A DNA stretch of 64,000 nt from Vicinamibacteria bacterium (lineage in GTDB: Bacteria; Acidobacteriota; Vicinamibacteria; Marinacidobacterales; Marinacidobacteraceae). Below, piece by piece: positions 39,542 to 49,593 of the stretch. Location: contig OY729431.1 in assembly GCA_963422395.1 (NCBI GenBank), positions 832,001-896,000 of the forward strand. The letters are read 5' to 3'. Positions within the stretch are counted from its first letter, which is position 1, and every line of letters begins with the position of its first letter. Under the pieces are notes generated by a model. That model was not told the origin of the DNA and did not search any database. It was given only the letters and a program-made list of their open reading frames with translations. Made by a program: the position numbers and the translations under genes.

Positions 39542-40624
39542 ATGAGCGCGCCGCAGCCGTCGGAGCGCGACACGATTCGCCGTCTCGACAGCTTCCGGTC
39601 GCGGCGAGGTTTCTCCTGCGCCCGGGTCGAGCGTCTGGTCCAGGATGCCGGCGAGCGCGTGTATTTCCGGGTCCATCCCGAGTCCGGGGAGGAAACGCTC
39701 GTCCTTTGCGTCATGTCGAGGCCCTACGAGCCCGGGACTCTGCCCTTCGCCAACTCGGCCGCTCTCTACCGCGAGCTGGGGGTCGGGGGGCCGCGGATTC
39801 TGGAAGAGGCCCCGGATCTGGGCGTGGTGGTGCTCGAAGACCTCGGGGACGATCTGCTCCAAACCGTAGCCCGCCGCGGCGAGGCGCGCACCGGCGCGCT
39901 CTACGCGGGAGCGGTAGAAATTCTCGCCAGAATTCAGCGGGAAGGGGCTCGGCTGCGCCAGCCGGCTCAGGAGGCCCGCTTTCGGGCGTTCTCGCTGCAC
40001 CTCGATCCGGCGCTGTTTCTGCGGGAACTGCGATTCTTCGTCGACCACTTCCTGGAGGGATACCTCCACGTGTCTCTCGGAGAGCGCGGCGCCCGTGAGC
40101 TCGATGGGCTCTTCGGGGAGCTCGCCACCGAAGCCGCTTCCGGGCCCGAGGCGCTTTGCCACCGGGATTTCCACTCTCGCAACCTGATGGCGGGGCCGGC
40201 CTCCGGGAACCGGAGCGGCGCGGCGCTTCGGGTGATCGACCATCAAGACACCCGGCTGGGTCCGCGCGGCTACGATCTGATGTCTCTCGTCCGCGACCCT
40301 TATGTCGCAGCGGCCTCGCCGGGGCCGATGTCGTTTTCCCTGCCTTTCGCCGAAACGGAACTCGTGACCGCTTTTTCGAAGGCTGCCGGCTTTTCCGAGA
40401 GTCCGGCGCAGCTCGCCGCCGAATTCGATGCGGTCGCCCTGCAGCGGCACCTCAAGGCGCTCGGCACCTACGGATTCCAGGTCTCGCGGCGACACAACGA
40501 TGTGTATCGCGACTTCATCGCTCCCACTGCCGCCATGGTGCGGGAGAATCTCGACCGCCATGGCGCGCGATCCGAGCGACGCCGCTTGCGCGGCCTCCTG
40601 TCGGACCTGATGGAGCTCTGCTGA
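39542..40624 (+). CDS. AmgK-like phosphotransferase (APH family)
   Basis: DAGERVYFRV, LEDLGD, CHRDFHSRNLM, IDHQD, QRHLKALG; start could be 39464. Confidence 0.85.
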   Translation: MSAPQPSERDTIRRLDSFRSRRGFSCARVERLVQDAGERVYFRVHPESGEETLVLCVMSRPYEPGTLPFANSAALYRELGVGGPRILEEAPDLGVVVLEDLGDDLLQTVARRGEARTGALYAGAVEILARIQREGARLRQPAQEARFRAFSLHLDPALFLRELRFFVDHFLEGYLHVSLGERGARELDGLFGELATEAASGPEALCHRDFHSRNLMAGPASGNRSGAALRVIDHQDTRLGPRGYDLMSLVRDPYVAAASPGPMSFSLPFAETELVTAFSKAAGFSESPAQLAAEFDAVALQRHLKALGTYGFQVSRRHNDVYRDFIAPTAAMVRENLDRHGARSERRRLRGLLSDLMELC

Positions 40625-40686
40625 AGCGCCGCCGCGTCGGTGATCTTGCAGTCGAAGCGGGCCGTCGGCGAAACTCCTCCCTGTCC

Positions 40687-42072
40687 ATGGCGCACGACAT
40701 CACCGGTCCGGCGGCTGTCCCCGCCGGCGATCCGCTGCCGTCTTCTTGGAAGGACCGCCGCTTACCCACGGTCGGGGCTCTCGGGCGCGCGGTCGCTTCC
40801 GACGGGGCGCCGCCGGAGGGGATTCCGGCGACATTACGGGGATGGCTCGCGGGGCGCCGGTCGAGCGGCAAGCTGCTCTTCCTCAGCTTCCGCGACGGGT
40901 CAGGTTTCGTCCAGGTGGTGGTGGCGAAGGCCGCGGTGCCCGGGGATGCCTTCGAAGCGGCCCGTCACTGCCCTCTGGAGAGCGCTGTCGAGATCACGGG
41001 GACGGCGCTCGCCGAGCCGCGCGCGCCGGGGGGGCTGGAAATTCGAGCTGCCGGGTTTTCCGTACTCCACTCCGCAGAACCGTACCCGATCACCCCCAAG
41101 GAGCACGGCGCTTCGTTTCTGCTCGACCACCGCCATCTCTGGCTGCGCTCGCGCAAACAGCACGCGTTGCTCCGGATCCGCGACGAAGTTCTCCATGCCT
41201 TTCGGGAATACCTGCGGCAACAGGACTTCGTCTGCGCCGACACTCCGATCTTCACTCCCAACGCCTGCGAGGGAACGACGACACTTTTCGAAACCCGCTA
41301 TTTCGATCGGCAGGCCTACCTGAGCCAGAGCGGCCAGCTCTACAACGAGGCAGTGGCGATGTCGGTAGGGCGGACCTACTGTCTCGGCCCCACCTTCCGC
41401 GCGGAGAAATCGAAGACCCGGCGGCACCTCATCGAGTTCTGGATGCTCGAACCGGAGGTTGCCTTCGCCGAGCTCGGGGAGATCATCGAACTCGCGGAGG
41501 GCCTCATCTGCCACGCGGTGCGGTGCGTTTTGGAGAATCGGAAGATCGAATTGGAAGTCCTGGAGCGGGACACTGCGCCGCTCGATCGGATCCGGGCGCC
41601 GTTCCCGCGGGTGACCTACGACGAAGCGGCGGAAATCCTCGAACGGAAGCAGACCGGGTTCATCTCCGGCGCGGACTTCGGTGCCCAGGACGAGACGGCG
41701 CTCACCGAGAATCTCGACCGCCCGTTGTGCGTCACCCATTTCCCCGCGGATATCAAGGCCTTCTACATGCAGCCCGACGAGGAGCGGCTCGACCGCGTGC
41801 TCTGCCTCGACATCATCGCTCCCGAGGGTTATGGAGAGGTCGTGGGGGGCGGGCAGCGCATCCATGACCTCGACCTGCTGCGCCGCCGGGTCGCCGAGCA
41901 CGGCCTTCCCGAGGACGCCTTCGCGTGGTATCTGGATCTGAGGCGCTACGGCAGCATGCCGCACTCGGGGTTCGGGCTCGGGATCGAACGGTTCGTGGCG
42001 TGGATGTCCGGGCTCTCCCACCTTCGGGAGGCGATTCCCTTTCCCAGGACCCTCTACCGCCTGACGCCTTAG
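40687..42072 (+). CDS. asnS: Asparagine--tRNA ligase
   Basis: RHLWLRS, LSQSGQLY, FRAEKSKTRRHL, PHSGFGLGIER. Confidence 0.96.
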   Translation: MAHDITGPAAVPAGDPLPSSWKDRRLPTVGALGRAVASDGAPPEGIPATLRGWLAGRRSSGKLLFLSFRDGSGFVQVVVAKAAVPGDAFEAARHCPLESAVEITGTALAEPRAPGGLEIRAAGFSVLHSAEPYPITPKEHGASFLLDHRHLWLRSRKQHALLRIRDEVLHAFREYLRQQDFVCADTPIFTPNACEGTTTLFETRYFDRQAYLSQSGQLYNEAVAMSVGRTYCLGPTFRAEKSKTRRHLIEFWMLEPEVAFAELGEIIELAEGLICHAVRCVLENRKIELEVLERDTAPLDRIRAPFPRVTYDEAAEILERKQTGFISGADFGAQDETALTENLDRPLCVTHFPADIKAFYMQPDEERLDRVLCLDIIAPEGYGEVVGGGQRIHDLDLLRRRVAEHGLPEDAFAWYLDLRRYGSMPHSGFGLGIERFVAWMSGLSHLREAIPFPRTLYRLTP

Positions 42073-42080
42073 GCTTGAAG

Positions 42081-42225
42081 GCCGAGCGCTCCGAGAGCGA
42101 GGCGTGGGAGTAGCGTCGGGCGTTCTCGGGGGAGGAGGGGGAGGCCCCGCTCCCGAACCGCCCGGCGCTGCGCGCCGGGAATCCGAACTGCTGCCGGCAT
42201 TTTTTGGGCCACGGACGGGGGTGCC
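42081..42225 (+). repeat. Internally deleted family A copy downstream of asnS
   Basis: First hairpins present, then a jump to tttttgggccacggacgg (3' part of the unit). Confidence 0.8.
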
Positions 42226-42555
42226 CTCGGGTGATTTTCCGGAGCTCGGCTCGGATGCAGATTGCGAACTGCTCCCCCTAAAAGACACTGCCGATTCCCG
42301 CGCATCGTTCGGCGCCGACCAGGACGAGCCGCGCGGGAACACTTCGTTCGACGCCGAAGGATGGGTCGCGGTTGTTATACTCGCCTGCTCGGGTGTGGCC
42401 GTGGCGAAGGGGCCGCGCCCGTGGTTTTCAATGGTCCGTTGCGCTGAGCGCGGCGGGTTTTCGCCGATTCCCTGACCCACGAGGCTTCGCGCATTCCGCA
42501 AGAAGAACCACGACCGCGCCAGCTATCCCGGGCTGCGCCCGATCTCTCCGCGCGT

Positions 42556-43053
42556 GTGGAGGGACTGGCGCGAAGAGCGGCGAAGAGAGCCGGAGTTGAT
42601 TTGGCATGGACCGATATCGAGGGGCGGCGAGGCAGTTTCCGGGTGCGCGTCTTCATCGAACGACGAGACGGGGGCGTGGGCTTGGCCGATTGCGAGCGGG
42701 TGAACGAGAAGCTCTCGGCGCTCTTCGACCTGGAGGATCCGATCCTGGGGTCCTGCTTCCTCGAAGTGAGCACGCCGGGGCTCGACCGTCCGCTTCGGTC
42801 CGTCGCCGACTGTCATCGGTTCCTCGGGCAGAGGGTCCGGGTGAGATACCGGATCGCGAACGACCCGCGGGAGGCGGGCCCGCAGACGGTCGTCGGGACA
42901 CTCCGGACGGTGGAGGACGCCACCATCTGCCTCGACGGCCCCGCAGGCGGATTGCGGATCGGCTGGAACGAAGTGGTCGCCGCCCGGCTCGACCCGGACC
43001 TCGGCGCGTTGCTTCGGCGAGGGGCTCGCGCACAGCGTCGCCGGCGAACCTGA
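42556..43053 (+). CDS. rimP: Ribosome maturation factor RimP
   Basis: RVFIER..GV.LADC, LEVSTPGLDRPL; upstream of nusA. Confidence 0.9.
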   Translation: MEGLARRAAKRAGVDLAWTDIEGRRGSFRVRVFIERRDGGVGLADCERVNEKLSALFDLEDPILGSCFLEVSTPGLDRPLRSVADCHRFLGQRVRVRYRIANDPREAGPQTVVGTLRTVEDATICLDGPAGGLRIGWNEVVAARLDPDLGALLRRGARAQRRRRT

Positions 43054-44174
43054 TGGAGGCGATCGACGAGCTCGCGGCTGAGGTGGACCACGCCGAGATC
43101 ATCGCCAGCGTGGAGCAGGCGGCCGCGTACGCCGCTTCACGCAGTTCCGGAAAGGACCTCAAGGTCCGCCTCGACTCCGAGAGCGGCAATCTGCTCTGCT
43201 ACACCACGAAGCGAGTGGCGGTCGAAGTGCTCGACCCCGAGACCGAGATCCTGCTCGACGCGGTGCGCGAAGGTGCTTCCCCCGGCGATGTGGTCGAGGT
43301 TCCGGTGCGGTTCGAAACGGCAGCCCGCCCGGCCGCCCGAGCTGCCCGCGCCGTTCTCGAAGCGCGGCTCCGCGCCGCCCGGCTGCTCGCCCAGGCCGCG
43401 CGCTACCGCGATCGGGTGGGCAAACTGGAGATCGGGGTCGTGACCCGCCGTGAGGGGCAGGATCTCATCGTGAACCTCGGTCCGGTGGAGGGCCGCCTGC
43501 CAGCAGCGGAACAGAGCCGCTACGAGGTCTTCAACCCCGAGGACACCATCCGGGCGGCGATTTGCGCCATCGAACCCGAGGATCCCCCGGTCATCCTCTC
43601 CCGGATCGCCCCCGAAGTAGTGGCCGGAGTGATCGAGCGCGAGACGCCCGAAGTGCGCCAGGGCGTCGTCGAAGTGCGGGCGGTGGCGCGCCATCCCGGG
43701 CAGCGCGCCAAGGTCGCGGTCTGGACCGACGCCCCTGGGGTGGATGCGGTGGCCGTCTGCCTCGGTCCAGGCGGTTCCCGCATCCGTGCGGTGAGCCGCG
43801 AACTTCGCGGCGAGCGAGTAGATGTGGTGCGGTGGCACGAGTCGATCGAGGTGTTTGCCCGAAACGCACTCCGGCCGGCGGAGGTGCTCGAGGTCTCGCG
43901 GGCCGCGCCGGAGCGGCCGTCGAGCTGGACAGACCGCACCGGCGGCGGTTTGGTGGTCACCGTGTCGGAGGTCCAGTTGCCCCGCGCGGTCGGTAAGCGC
44001 GGACAGAATGTGCGACTGGCGTCGGAGCTCTTGGGAATGCCCATCGAGGTGGTGGCGGAGGGACAGCTGCCCCGCGACAGCCGGGGACCTCGCGATGACT
44101 GGGGATCCCGCGATAGCCGGGGACCCCGCGACGGCCGGGGATCCCGCGATGACTGGGGGTCCCCGCGACGATAG
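43053..44174 (+). CDS. nusA: Transcription factor NusA (divergent; repeat tail continues in another frame to 44499)
   Basis: S1 and two KH domains (ARHPGQRAKVAV, AVGKRGQNVRLAS); synteny. Confidence 0.9.
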   Translation: MEAIDELAAEVDHAEIIASVEQAAAYAASRSSGKDLKVRLDSESGNLLCYTTKRVAVEVLDPETEILLDAVREGASPGDVVEVPVRFETAARPAARAARAVLEARLRAARLLAQAARYRDRVGKLEIGVVTRREGQDLIVNLGPVEGRLPAAEQSRYEVFNPEDTIRAAICAIEPEDPPVILSRIAPEVVAGVIERETPEVRQGVVEVRAVARHPGQRAKVAVWTDAPGVDAVAVCLGPGGSRIRAVSRELRGERVDVVRWHESIEVFARNALRPAEVLEVSRAAPERPSSWTDRTGGGLVVTVSEVQLPRAVGKRGQNVRLASELLGMPIEVVAEGQLPRDSRGPRDDWGSRDSRGPRDGRGSRDDWGSPRR

Positions 44175-44346
44175 CCGGGGACCCCGCGACGGCCGGGGAC
44201 CCCGCGACAATCGGGGACCCCGCGACGGCCGGGGATCCCGCGATGACTGGGGATCCCGCGACAATCGGGGACCCCGCGACGGCCGGGGATCCCGCGATGA
44301 CTGGGGATCCCGCGACAATCGGGGACCCCGAGACGATCGGGGATGG
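44073..44346 (+). repeat. 18-bp VNTR, 15 units (cgcgaYNNNYggggaYcc)
   Basis: Encodes RD(S/G/N)RG(P/S) and RDDWGS; 54-bp higher-order repeat; +1 indel near 44155-44163. Confidence 0.95.
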
Positions 44347-44739
44347 CGGGGCCGGCGCGACCGCGGGGGCGGAGAGGAACCGGAGCGCGGCCGCCCGAGT
44401 CAGGGGCGAAGGTTTCCGTCCCGGCAGGAAGTCGGCCCGGGCTTCAGGAAGGACTCGCGGCGCCCTGAACCTCGGGATCGCGCGGAGGACTCCCGCTAGC
44501 GGCGCAGGTCGGCAGTTCGTGGAAAAAGCAGCACTCGTTCCGTCTCCGCCCAGGAACGTCCGGAATCTCCGGCGTCTTCTGGATGCGGGGCTCTTGCCCG
44601 GAGGGGTGTGCCGAACCCTCAGGCGATCCACTCCACCCGTTTTCGCAATGTCGGGACAAGCCTTCTGGGACCCCGTCGGCGCGGCGATCGCCGTCGCGAA
44701 TCGGCGCCCGCCGACTTTCGCCGCCGGTTTCTGACTTCC

Positions 44740-47478
44740 ATGCCAACCAAGAATGTGCGGGTCAGTGACCTTGCCCGGGAACTCGGAGTCGATGCGTCCG
44801 AGCTCCTCGCGGGAATCCAGGCCGACCCCCGTCTGCGGGGAGTGCGGGTTCGGACGGTGTCCTCCTCCGTCCCGAAAGCCGACGCGAGCCGGATCCGCGC
44901 CCGACACCGGATCGAACAGCGGAAGGCCCAGCGGAAGGGGATAGATCGCAAGGCCAAGGCGGCCGAGAGGATCCGCCGCAGCGAGGCTGCGAGGAAGGCG
45001 GCCGAGGAGGCTGATCGCAAGGAGAGGGAAGAGACCGAACGGAAGGCGAAGGCCGAAGCCGAGAGGAAGGCTGCCGAGGAAGCGGTTGAGCGCGAAGCGG
45101 CGGCGGCAGCCGAGGCCGAGCGCCGAGCAGCTGAGGAAGAGGAAAGAGTGCGGCGGCGGAACGCCGCGGCGAAGGCAGCGGCCGAGCGCGAGGCACAGGA
45201 GGCCCTCGCGCGTGAGGCTGCCGCCCGCGAAGCCGCGGCCCGCCAGGCCGAGGAAAAGGTTTCTCGCGCCGGGACCGGGACTGCGCCGGACGACGCGGAA
45301 AAGTCAGCCCTTCCCCGGTCGCCGGACTCCGCCGAACGGATGGCGGCCGCCGAACCCCAGACGCGAAGCGAACCGCCGGAGGCCATCGCTCCGAAGCCGG
45401 GGCCGCGCCGGCTGGAAACGCGCAGCATCGCCTCTTCGGCAGGCTCGGGATTTCGCCCGGGAGCGACCGACCGCAAGATCGCTCCGGTGCCGCCCCGGCC
45501 GGCCCGCCGGGCGACGCCCCCCCGCATCCGAGCGACTCCGCCGCCCCTCCGGCGCGCTCCGCAGGTCGTCCAGAAGCTGCGCCGTCCGGCACCCGGCAAG
45601 CGCTCGAAGGCCCGGCGCCGGCAGGCCCCGACCGAGACTCCCGAGGTCATCGAGACCATCGACTCTCAGCTGCCTCCCGGGCTCCGGAAGGCGGCGGCCC
45701 GCGAGTTCCGCAGCACCGCTGCGGTGGTCCTCGGGGAAGCGATCACCGTGAAGGAACTCGCCGAGGCGATGAAGATCCCCACGGTGGAGCTGATCAAGGC
45801 TCTCCTCCTGCACCATGGGATAGCGGCCTCCATCAACCAGCCGCTCGATGCGGAAACCGCCGGCAAGCTCGTCGCCCGGTTCGGGGGTTCGGTCGTCGAG
45901 GCGGTCGCGGCGCCATCCCCCGAAAAAGACGAACCCTCCGCAGAGATCGGGGAGAAGAAGGAGGGCTTCGTCGAACGCGCCCCGGTGGTCACCGTGATGG
46001 GGCATGTGGACCACGGCAAGACGAGCCTCCTCGATGCGATACGCAAGTCGCGGGTGGTGGACAGCGAGGCCGGGGGCATCACGCAGCACATGAGCGCCTA
46101 CACCGTGGACGCGAACAGTCACCGGATCGTGTTCCTGGACACTCCGGGGCATGAGGCGTTCACCAAGATGCGGGCCCGCGGGGCTGATGTCACCGATGTC
46201 GTCATTCTCGTCGTGGCTGCCGACGACGGCGCCAAGGAGCAGACGATCGAAGCACTGCACCATGCCCGCGCCGCCGAGGTGCCCATGGTGGTCGCGGTGA
46301 ACAAGATGGACAAGCCGGCCGCCGATCCCGAACTCGTGATGCGCCAATTGGCGGAGCGCGGAGTCACTCCCGAGGAGTGGGGCGGAGACTCCATCTTCTG
46401 CCGCGTTTCGGCGAAGACCCAGGAAGGACTCCCCGAGTTGCTCCAGTCGGTCCTCGATGTGGCAGAACTGGAGGAGCCGACCGCGAATCCGATCGGCCCG
46501 GCACAGGGCGTCGTGCTCGAAGCGCGCAAGGACCGGGGCCGCGGGCCGGTGGCGCAGCTGCTCGTCCAGAACGGAACCCTTTCGGTGGGCGACACGGTGT
46601 CGGCCGGCGCCGCCTGGGGGAAAGTTCGCGCGCTGCTCGACGAGTCGGGCCGGAGGATGAAGGCCGCTCCCCCGTCCACCCCGGTGGAGGTGCTCGGCTT
46701 GGCCGAAGTGCCCCTGGTCGGAGACCGTTTCAACGCCGGCCAGACTCCTTCTGACGCGCGGCGCACTGCCCAGGAAAAACAGGCGGCGCGGCGTATCGAG
46801 GTCATCGAGGGGCGTCAGCGTCTGAATCTCCAAAACCTCCACGCCCAGCTGAGCGGAGGATTGAAGGAACTGCCGGTGGTCCTCAAGGCCGATGTCGGGG
46901 GCAGCGTGGAGGCGGTGCGGGACTCGCTCGTCCGCCTCTCCGGCGACGAGGTGAAGCTGCGGATCGTTCACGCCGCTGCGGGCGCGGTATCGGAGAGCGA
47001 TGTGAACCTGGCGGCGGCCACCGACGCGATCATCGTGGCTTTCGGGGTGCGCCCGGAGCCATCGGCGGAGCGCTTGGCAGAACAGGAAGGGGTCGATATC
47101 CGTCCCCACACCGTCATCTACCACCTGGTCGAAGAGATCGAGAAAGCGCTCTCGGGGTTGCTCGAACCCGAGACCGAGATCGTCGAACTCGGCCGGATCG
47201 AGGTGCGCCGAACCTTCCAGGTGCCGCGGGTGGGGGTCGTGGCCGGTTCGTATGTCCTGAGCGGTGCGGTGCCGAGGAACGCGCGGGTCCGCCTGGTGCG
47301 GGACGGCCGGGTGGTGCACGAAGGGCGGATCGGGAGCCTCCGGCGCTTCAAGGAAGATGTGGCGCGGGTGCGCGAGGGTTTCGAGTGCGGGTTGGGTATC
47401 GCGGGGTACAACGATGTGAAGATCGGCGACATCATCGAGGCTTTCCGGGAAGAGCAGGTGAAGCCGGCGGCGGTGTGA
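44740..47478 (+). CDS. infB: Translation initiation factor IF-2
   Basis: VRVSDLARELG, GHVDHGKT, DTPGH, NKMD, ECGL. Confidence 0.97.
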   Translation: MPTKNVRVSDLARELGVDASELLAGIQADPRLRGVRVRTVSSSVPKADASRIRARHRIEQRKAQRKGIDRKAKAAERIRRSEAARKAAEEADRKEREETERKAKAEAERKAAEEAVEREAAAAAEAERRAAEEEERVRRRNAAAKAAAEREAQEALAREAAAREAAARQAEEKVSRAGTGTAPDDAEKSALPRSPDSAERMAAAEPQTRSEPPEAIAPKPGPRRLETRSIASSAGSGFRPGATDRKIAPVPPRPARRATPPRIRATPPPLRRAPQVVQKLRRPAPGKRSKARRRQAPTETPEVIETIDSQLPPGLRKAAAREFRSTAAVVLGEAITVKELAEAMKIPTVELIKALLLHHGIAASINQPLDAETAGKLVARFGGSVVEAVAAPSPEKDEPSAEIGEKKEGFVERAPVVTVMGHVDHGKTSLLDAIRKSRVVDSEAGGITQHMSAYTVDANSHRIVFLDTPGHEAFTKMRARGADVTDVVILVVAADDGAKEQTIEALHHARAAEVPMVVAVNKMDKPAADPELVMRQLAERGVTPEEWGGDSIFCRVSAKTQEGLPELLQSVLDVAELEEPTANPIGPAQGVVLEARKDRGRGPVAQLLVQNGTLSVGDTVSAGAAWGKVRALLDESGRRMKAAPPSTPVEVLGLAEVPLVGDRFNAGQTPSDARRTAQEKQAARRIEVIEGRQRLNLQNLHAQLSGGLKELPVVLKADVGGSVEAVRDSLVRLSGDEVKLRIVHAAAGAVSESDVNLAAATDAIIVAFGVRPEPSAERLAEQEGVDIRPHTVIYHLVEEIEKALSGLLEPETEIVELGRIEVRRTFQVPRVGVVAGSYVLSGAVPRNARVRLVRDGRVVHEGRIGSLRRFKEDVARVREGFECGLGIAGYNDVKIGDIIEAFREEQVKPAAV

Positions 47479-47552
47479 AGCCGTGTGTGATGCCGGTCGC
47501 GCCGGATGGCAGCTTGGGGACGAAGTGCCGAGTGACTTTGTCCACGGACTGT

Positions 47553-47745
47553 TAGCAGCCTGTGGACGAAGTCACACGGCCAAAGGCCGGCGATGCCCAG
47601 TTCTCCCGGTGGGGGCCCCGGCTGAACGCTTCGCTCGGCGTTGCGATTCCGTCGGAATACACCCGGTATGCCTCCCGAATCGCGCCTCGTCAGCCGGGCG
47701 CCTCCCCGATCTCGGGGCTCGCGCCACTTCATCCACAGGCTGCTA
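47553..47745. mobile_element. 193-bp MITE-like element with 20-bp terminal inverted repeats (family B)
   Basis: Left tagcagcctgtggacgaagt, right acttcatccacaggctgcta (19/20 match); internal hairpin; degenerate TIR pair adjacent at ~47509-47552. Confidence 0.8.
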
Positions 47746-47851
47746 GGGAACTCGTGGCGGCAGTCGGCGCCTGCCTGAGCCGAGGGGGCCGCGGAGCGAT
47801 CCCGGTGCGCTCTGCCTCCGGCAGGATGCGGCGCGCGCGCCCCAACAGGGG

Positions 47852-48160
47852 GTGATCGTGTCGAGAACCCGCGTCGGACTCCTGCGCATCGCGCTCAGTC
47901 TTCCCGGGGCGCGTTCGTTGAAGGATCGGCGCCGGGTGGTCCGATCGCTCGCCGATCGGTTGCGCTCCCGCTGTCTCGTCGCCGTCGCCGAAACCGGAGA
48001 TCCCGAGCGGCTCCGGGAAGCGGAAGTCTCGGTCGTTGCCGTCGGGCTCGGAGAAGCGACGGTGAGCGCCCGTCTCGCCGCCGCCGGGAACATCGCAGTC
48101 CGAGCTTTTCCGTCCGAAGTCACCGGGGCCGAGATCGAATGGCTGGAGTCCGGCGGGTGA
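47852..48160 (+). CDS. DUF503 (YlxP) family protein
   Basis: LPGARSLKDRR.VV..L; lies between infB and rbfA. Confidence 0.85.
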   Translation: MIVSRTRVGLLRIALSLPGARSLKDRRRVVRSLADRLRSRCLVAVAETGDPERLREAEVSVVAVGLGEATVSARLAAAGNIAVRAFPSEVTGAEIEWLESGG

Positions 48161-48208
48161 CCCGCCTGCTGGCGGCGCCCGCGAGCGGTTGAAAGGAGGG
48201 ATGGGCTC

Positions 48209-48637
48209 ATGCGTACCGCGGGGCGCCGGGAGCGGGTCGCCGAGGCGATTCGCAAGGAGGCGGCGGGCATCCTGCACTTCGATCTGGCCGATCCGCGCGT
48301 GCACCGGGCTACCGTCACCCGGGTCGCCCTGACCGGGGATCTGACCCTCGCTCGGGTCTATGTGTCGGTTCTCGGCAGCGAGGCGGCGCAGCAGGAAACG
48401 CTCGAGGTGCTCGGCCGGGCACGCGGCCGGGTGCGGAAGCTGCTCGGGTCGCGGATGCGGCTCCGGATCACCCCGGAAGTGCGGTTCGTCTTCGATCCGT
48501 CGGTGGAGTTCTCGATCCGTCTGGAACAGATTCTCGAACGAGAGCGGTCCAGGCAGTCCGACTCCGATTCCTCCGGCGGGGAGGGTGCTGTCGGGCGGTC
48601 CGAGGAGAGCGATGGGGAAGGGGAGGAAGCCAGCTGA
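48209..48637 (+). CDS. rbfA: Ribosome-binding factor A
   Basis: RVAEAIRKE, DPR, DLTLARVYVS, RITPEVRFVFD. Confidence 0.95.
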   Translation: MRTAGRRERVAEAIRKEAAGILHFDLADPRVHRATVTRVALTGDLTLARVYVSVLGSEAAQQETLEVLGRARGRVRKLLGSRMRLRITPEVRFVFDPSVEFSIRLEQILERERSRQSDSDSSGGEGAVGRSEESDGEGEEAS

Positions 48638-49593
48638 TTTCGGGACTGCTCCTCGTGGACAAGGACGAGGGGCCCTCTTCTTTCGGGGTGGTGCGCGAAG
48701 TTCGAAAGCTCTTCGGGGGGCCTCGGGTCGGCCATGTCGGCTCGCTCGACCCCTTCGCGACCGGCCTGCTGCCGGTCTGCGTCGGCCGGGCCACCCGTCT
48801 TTCCCGCTTCATCGCCTCCGGAGCCAAGCGTTACCGCGCCACGATCCGCTTCGGCCAGGCGACCGATACCGATGACCGGACCGGCCGGCCCGTCGGCCCT
48901 CCGGCCCCGCCGCCTGCGGAATCCGCCCTCGGCGAAGTGCTCGGAACCTTTCTCGGCGAAATCGAGCAGCGCCCTCCCGCCTATTCGGCCAAGCGCATCG
49001 GCGGACAGCGCGCCTATCGTCTCGCCCGCGCCGGGAAGCCGGCGTCGTTGGCCCCGGTCCGGGTCCGGGTAGACGCGCTCGAACTCCTCGGCTTCGACGG
49101 AAACGAAGCGGAGATCACCTGCCAGACGGGGCCGGGCGTCTATGTTCGCGCCCTCGCCCGGGATCTCGGGGAGCGGCTCGGCAGTGCGGCGCACCTCGCC
49201 GCGCTGCGCCGCACTGCCGTCGGGGATTTTCGTGTCGCGGACGCGGTGCGCCTTGCGGGGCTACCCGATCGCGCCGCGGCGGTCTCCCGGCTGCTGGACC
49301 CGACTGCAGCCCTTGCCGGGATGCCCCGGCTCCGGGTCAGCGAGAGCGCCCGAACCGCGCTCGAACACGGGCGGGTGGCGCCGTTCGATTCCAGCAGCGA
49401 CCTCTCAGGCACAGAAACCGAAGAGGCAACGAAAGGAGAAGGGGGGCTCTGCTGCGCGGTCGCGGCGGCCGAATCGGAATCTGGCGCTGCGGGTGGGGAG
49501 GACGCTCCACTCCGTCTCGTCGCCGTGGTCTCCCGGGTTGCCTCCGGGTGGCGGCCGCTTCTCGTCTGGAATCCGGATTCCCGGAACCGGTGA
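48634..49593 (+). CDS. truB: tRNA pseudouridine(55) synthase (possible CTG start; first canonical start at 48655)
   Basis: GHVGSLDPFATGLL, PPAYSAK, GVYVRALARDLG. Confidence 0.92.
   Translation: MISGLLLVDKDEGPSSFGVVREVRKLFGGPRVGHVGSLDPFATGLLPVCVGRATRLSRFIASGAKRYRATIRFGQATDTDDRTGRPVGPPAPPPAESALGEVLGTFLGEIEQRPPAYSAKRIGGQRAYRLARAGKPASLAPVRVRVDALELLGFDGNEAEITCQTGPGVYVRALARDLGERLGSAAHLAALRRTAVGDFRVADAVRLAGLPDRAAAVSRLLDPTAALAGMPRLRVSESARTALEHGRVAPFDSSSDLSGTETEEATKGEGGLCCAVAAAESESGAAGGEDAPLRLVAVVSRVASGWRPLLVWNPDSRNR

Noticed and set aside
44073-44346. Mini-CRISPR or iterons
   Set aside because: Contiguous 18-bp coding units without spacers, in frame with nusA.
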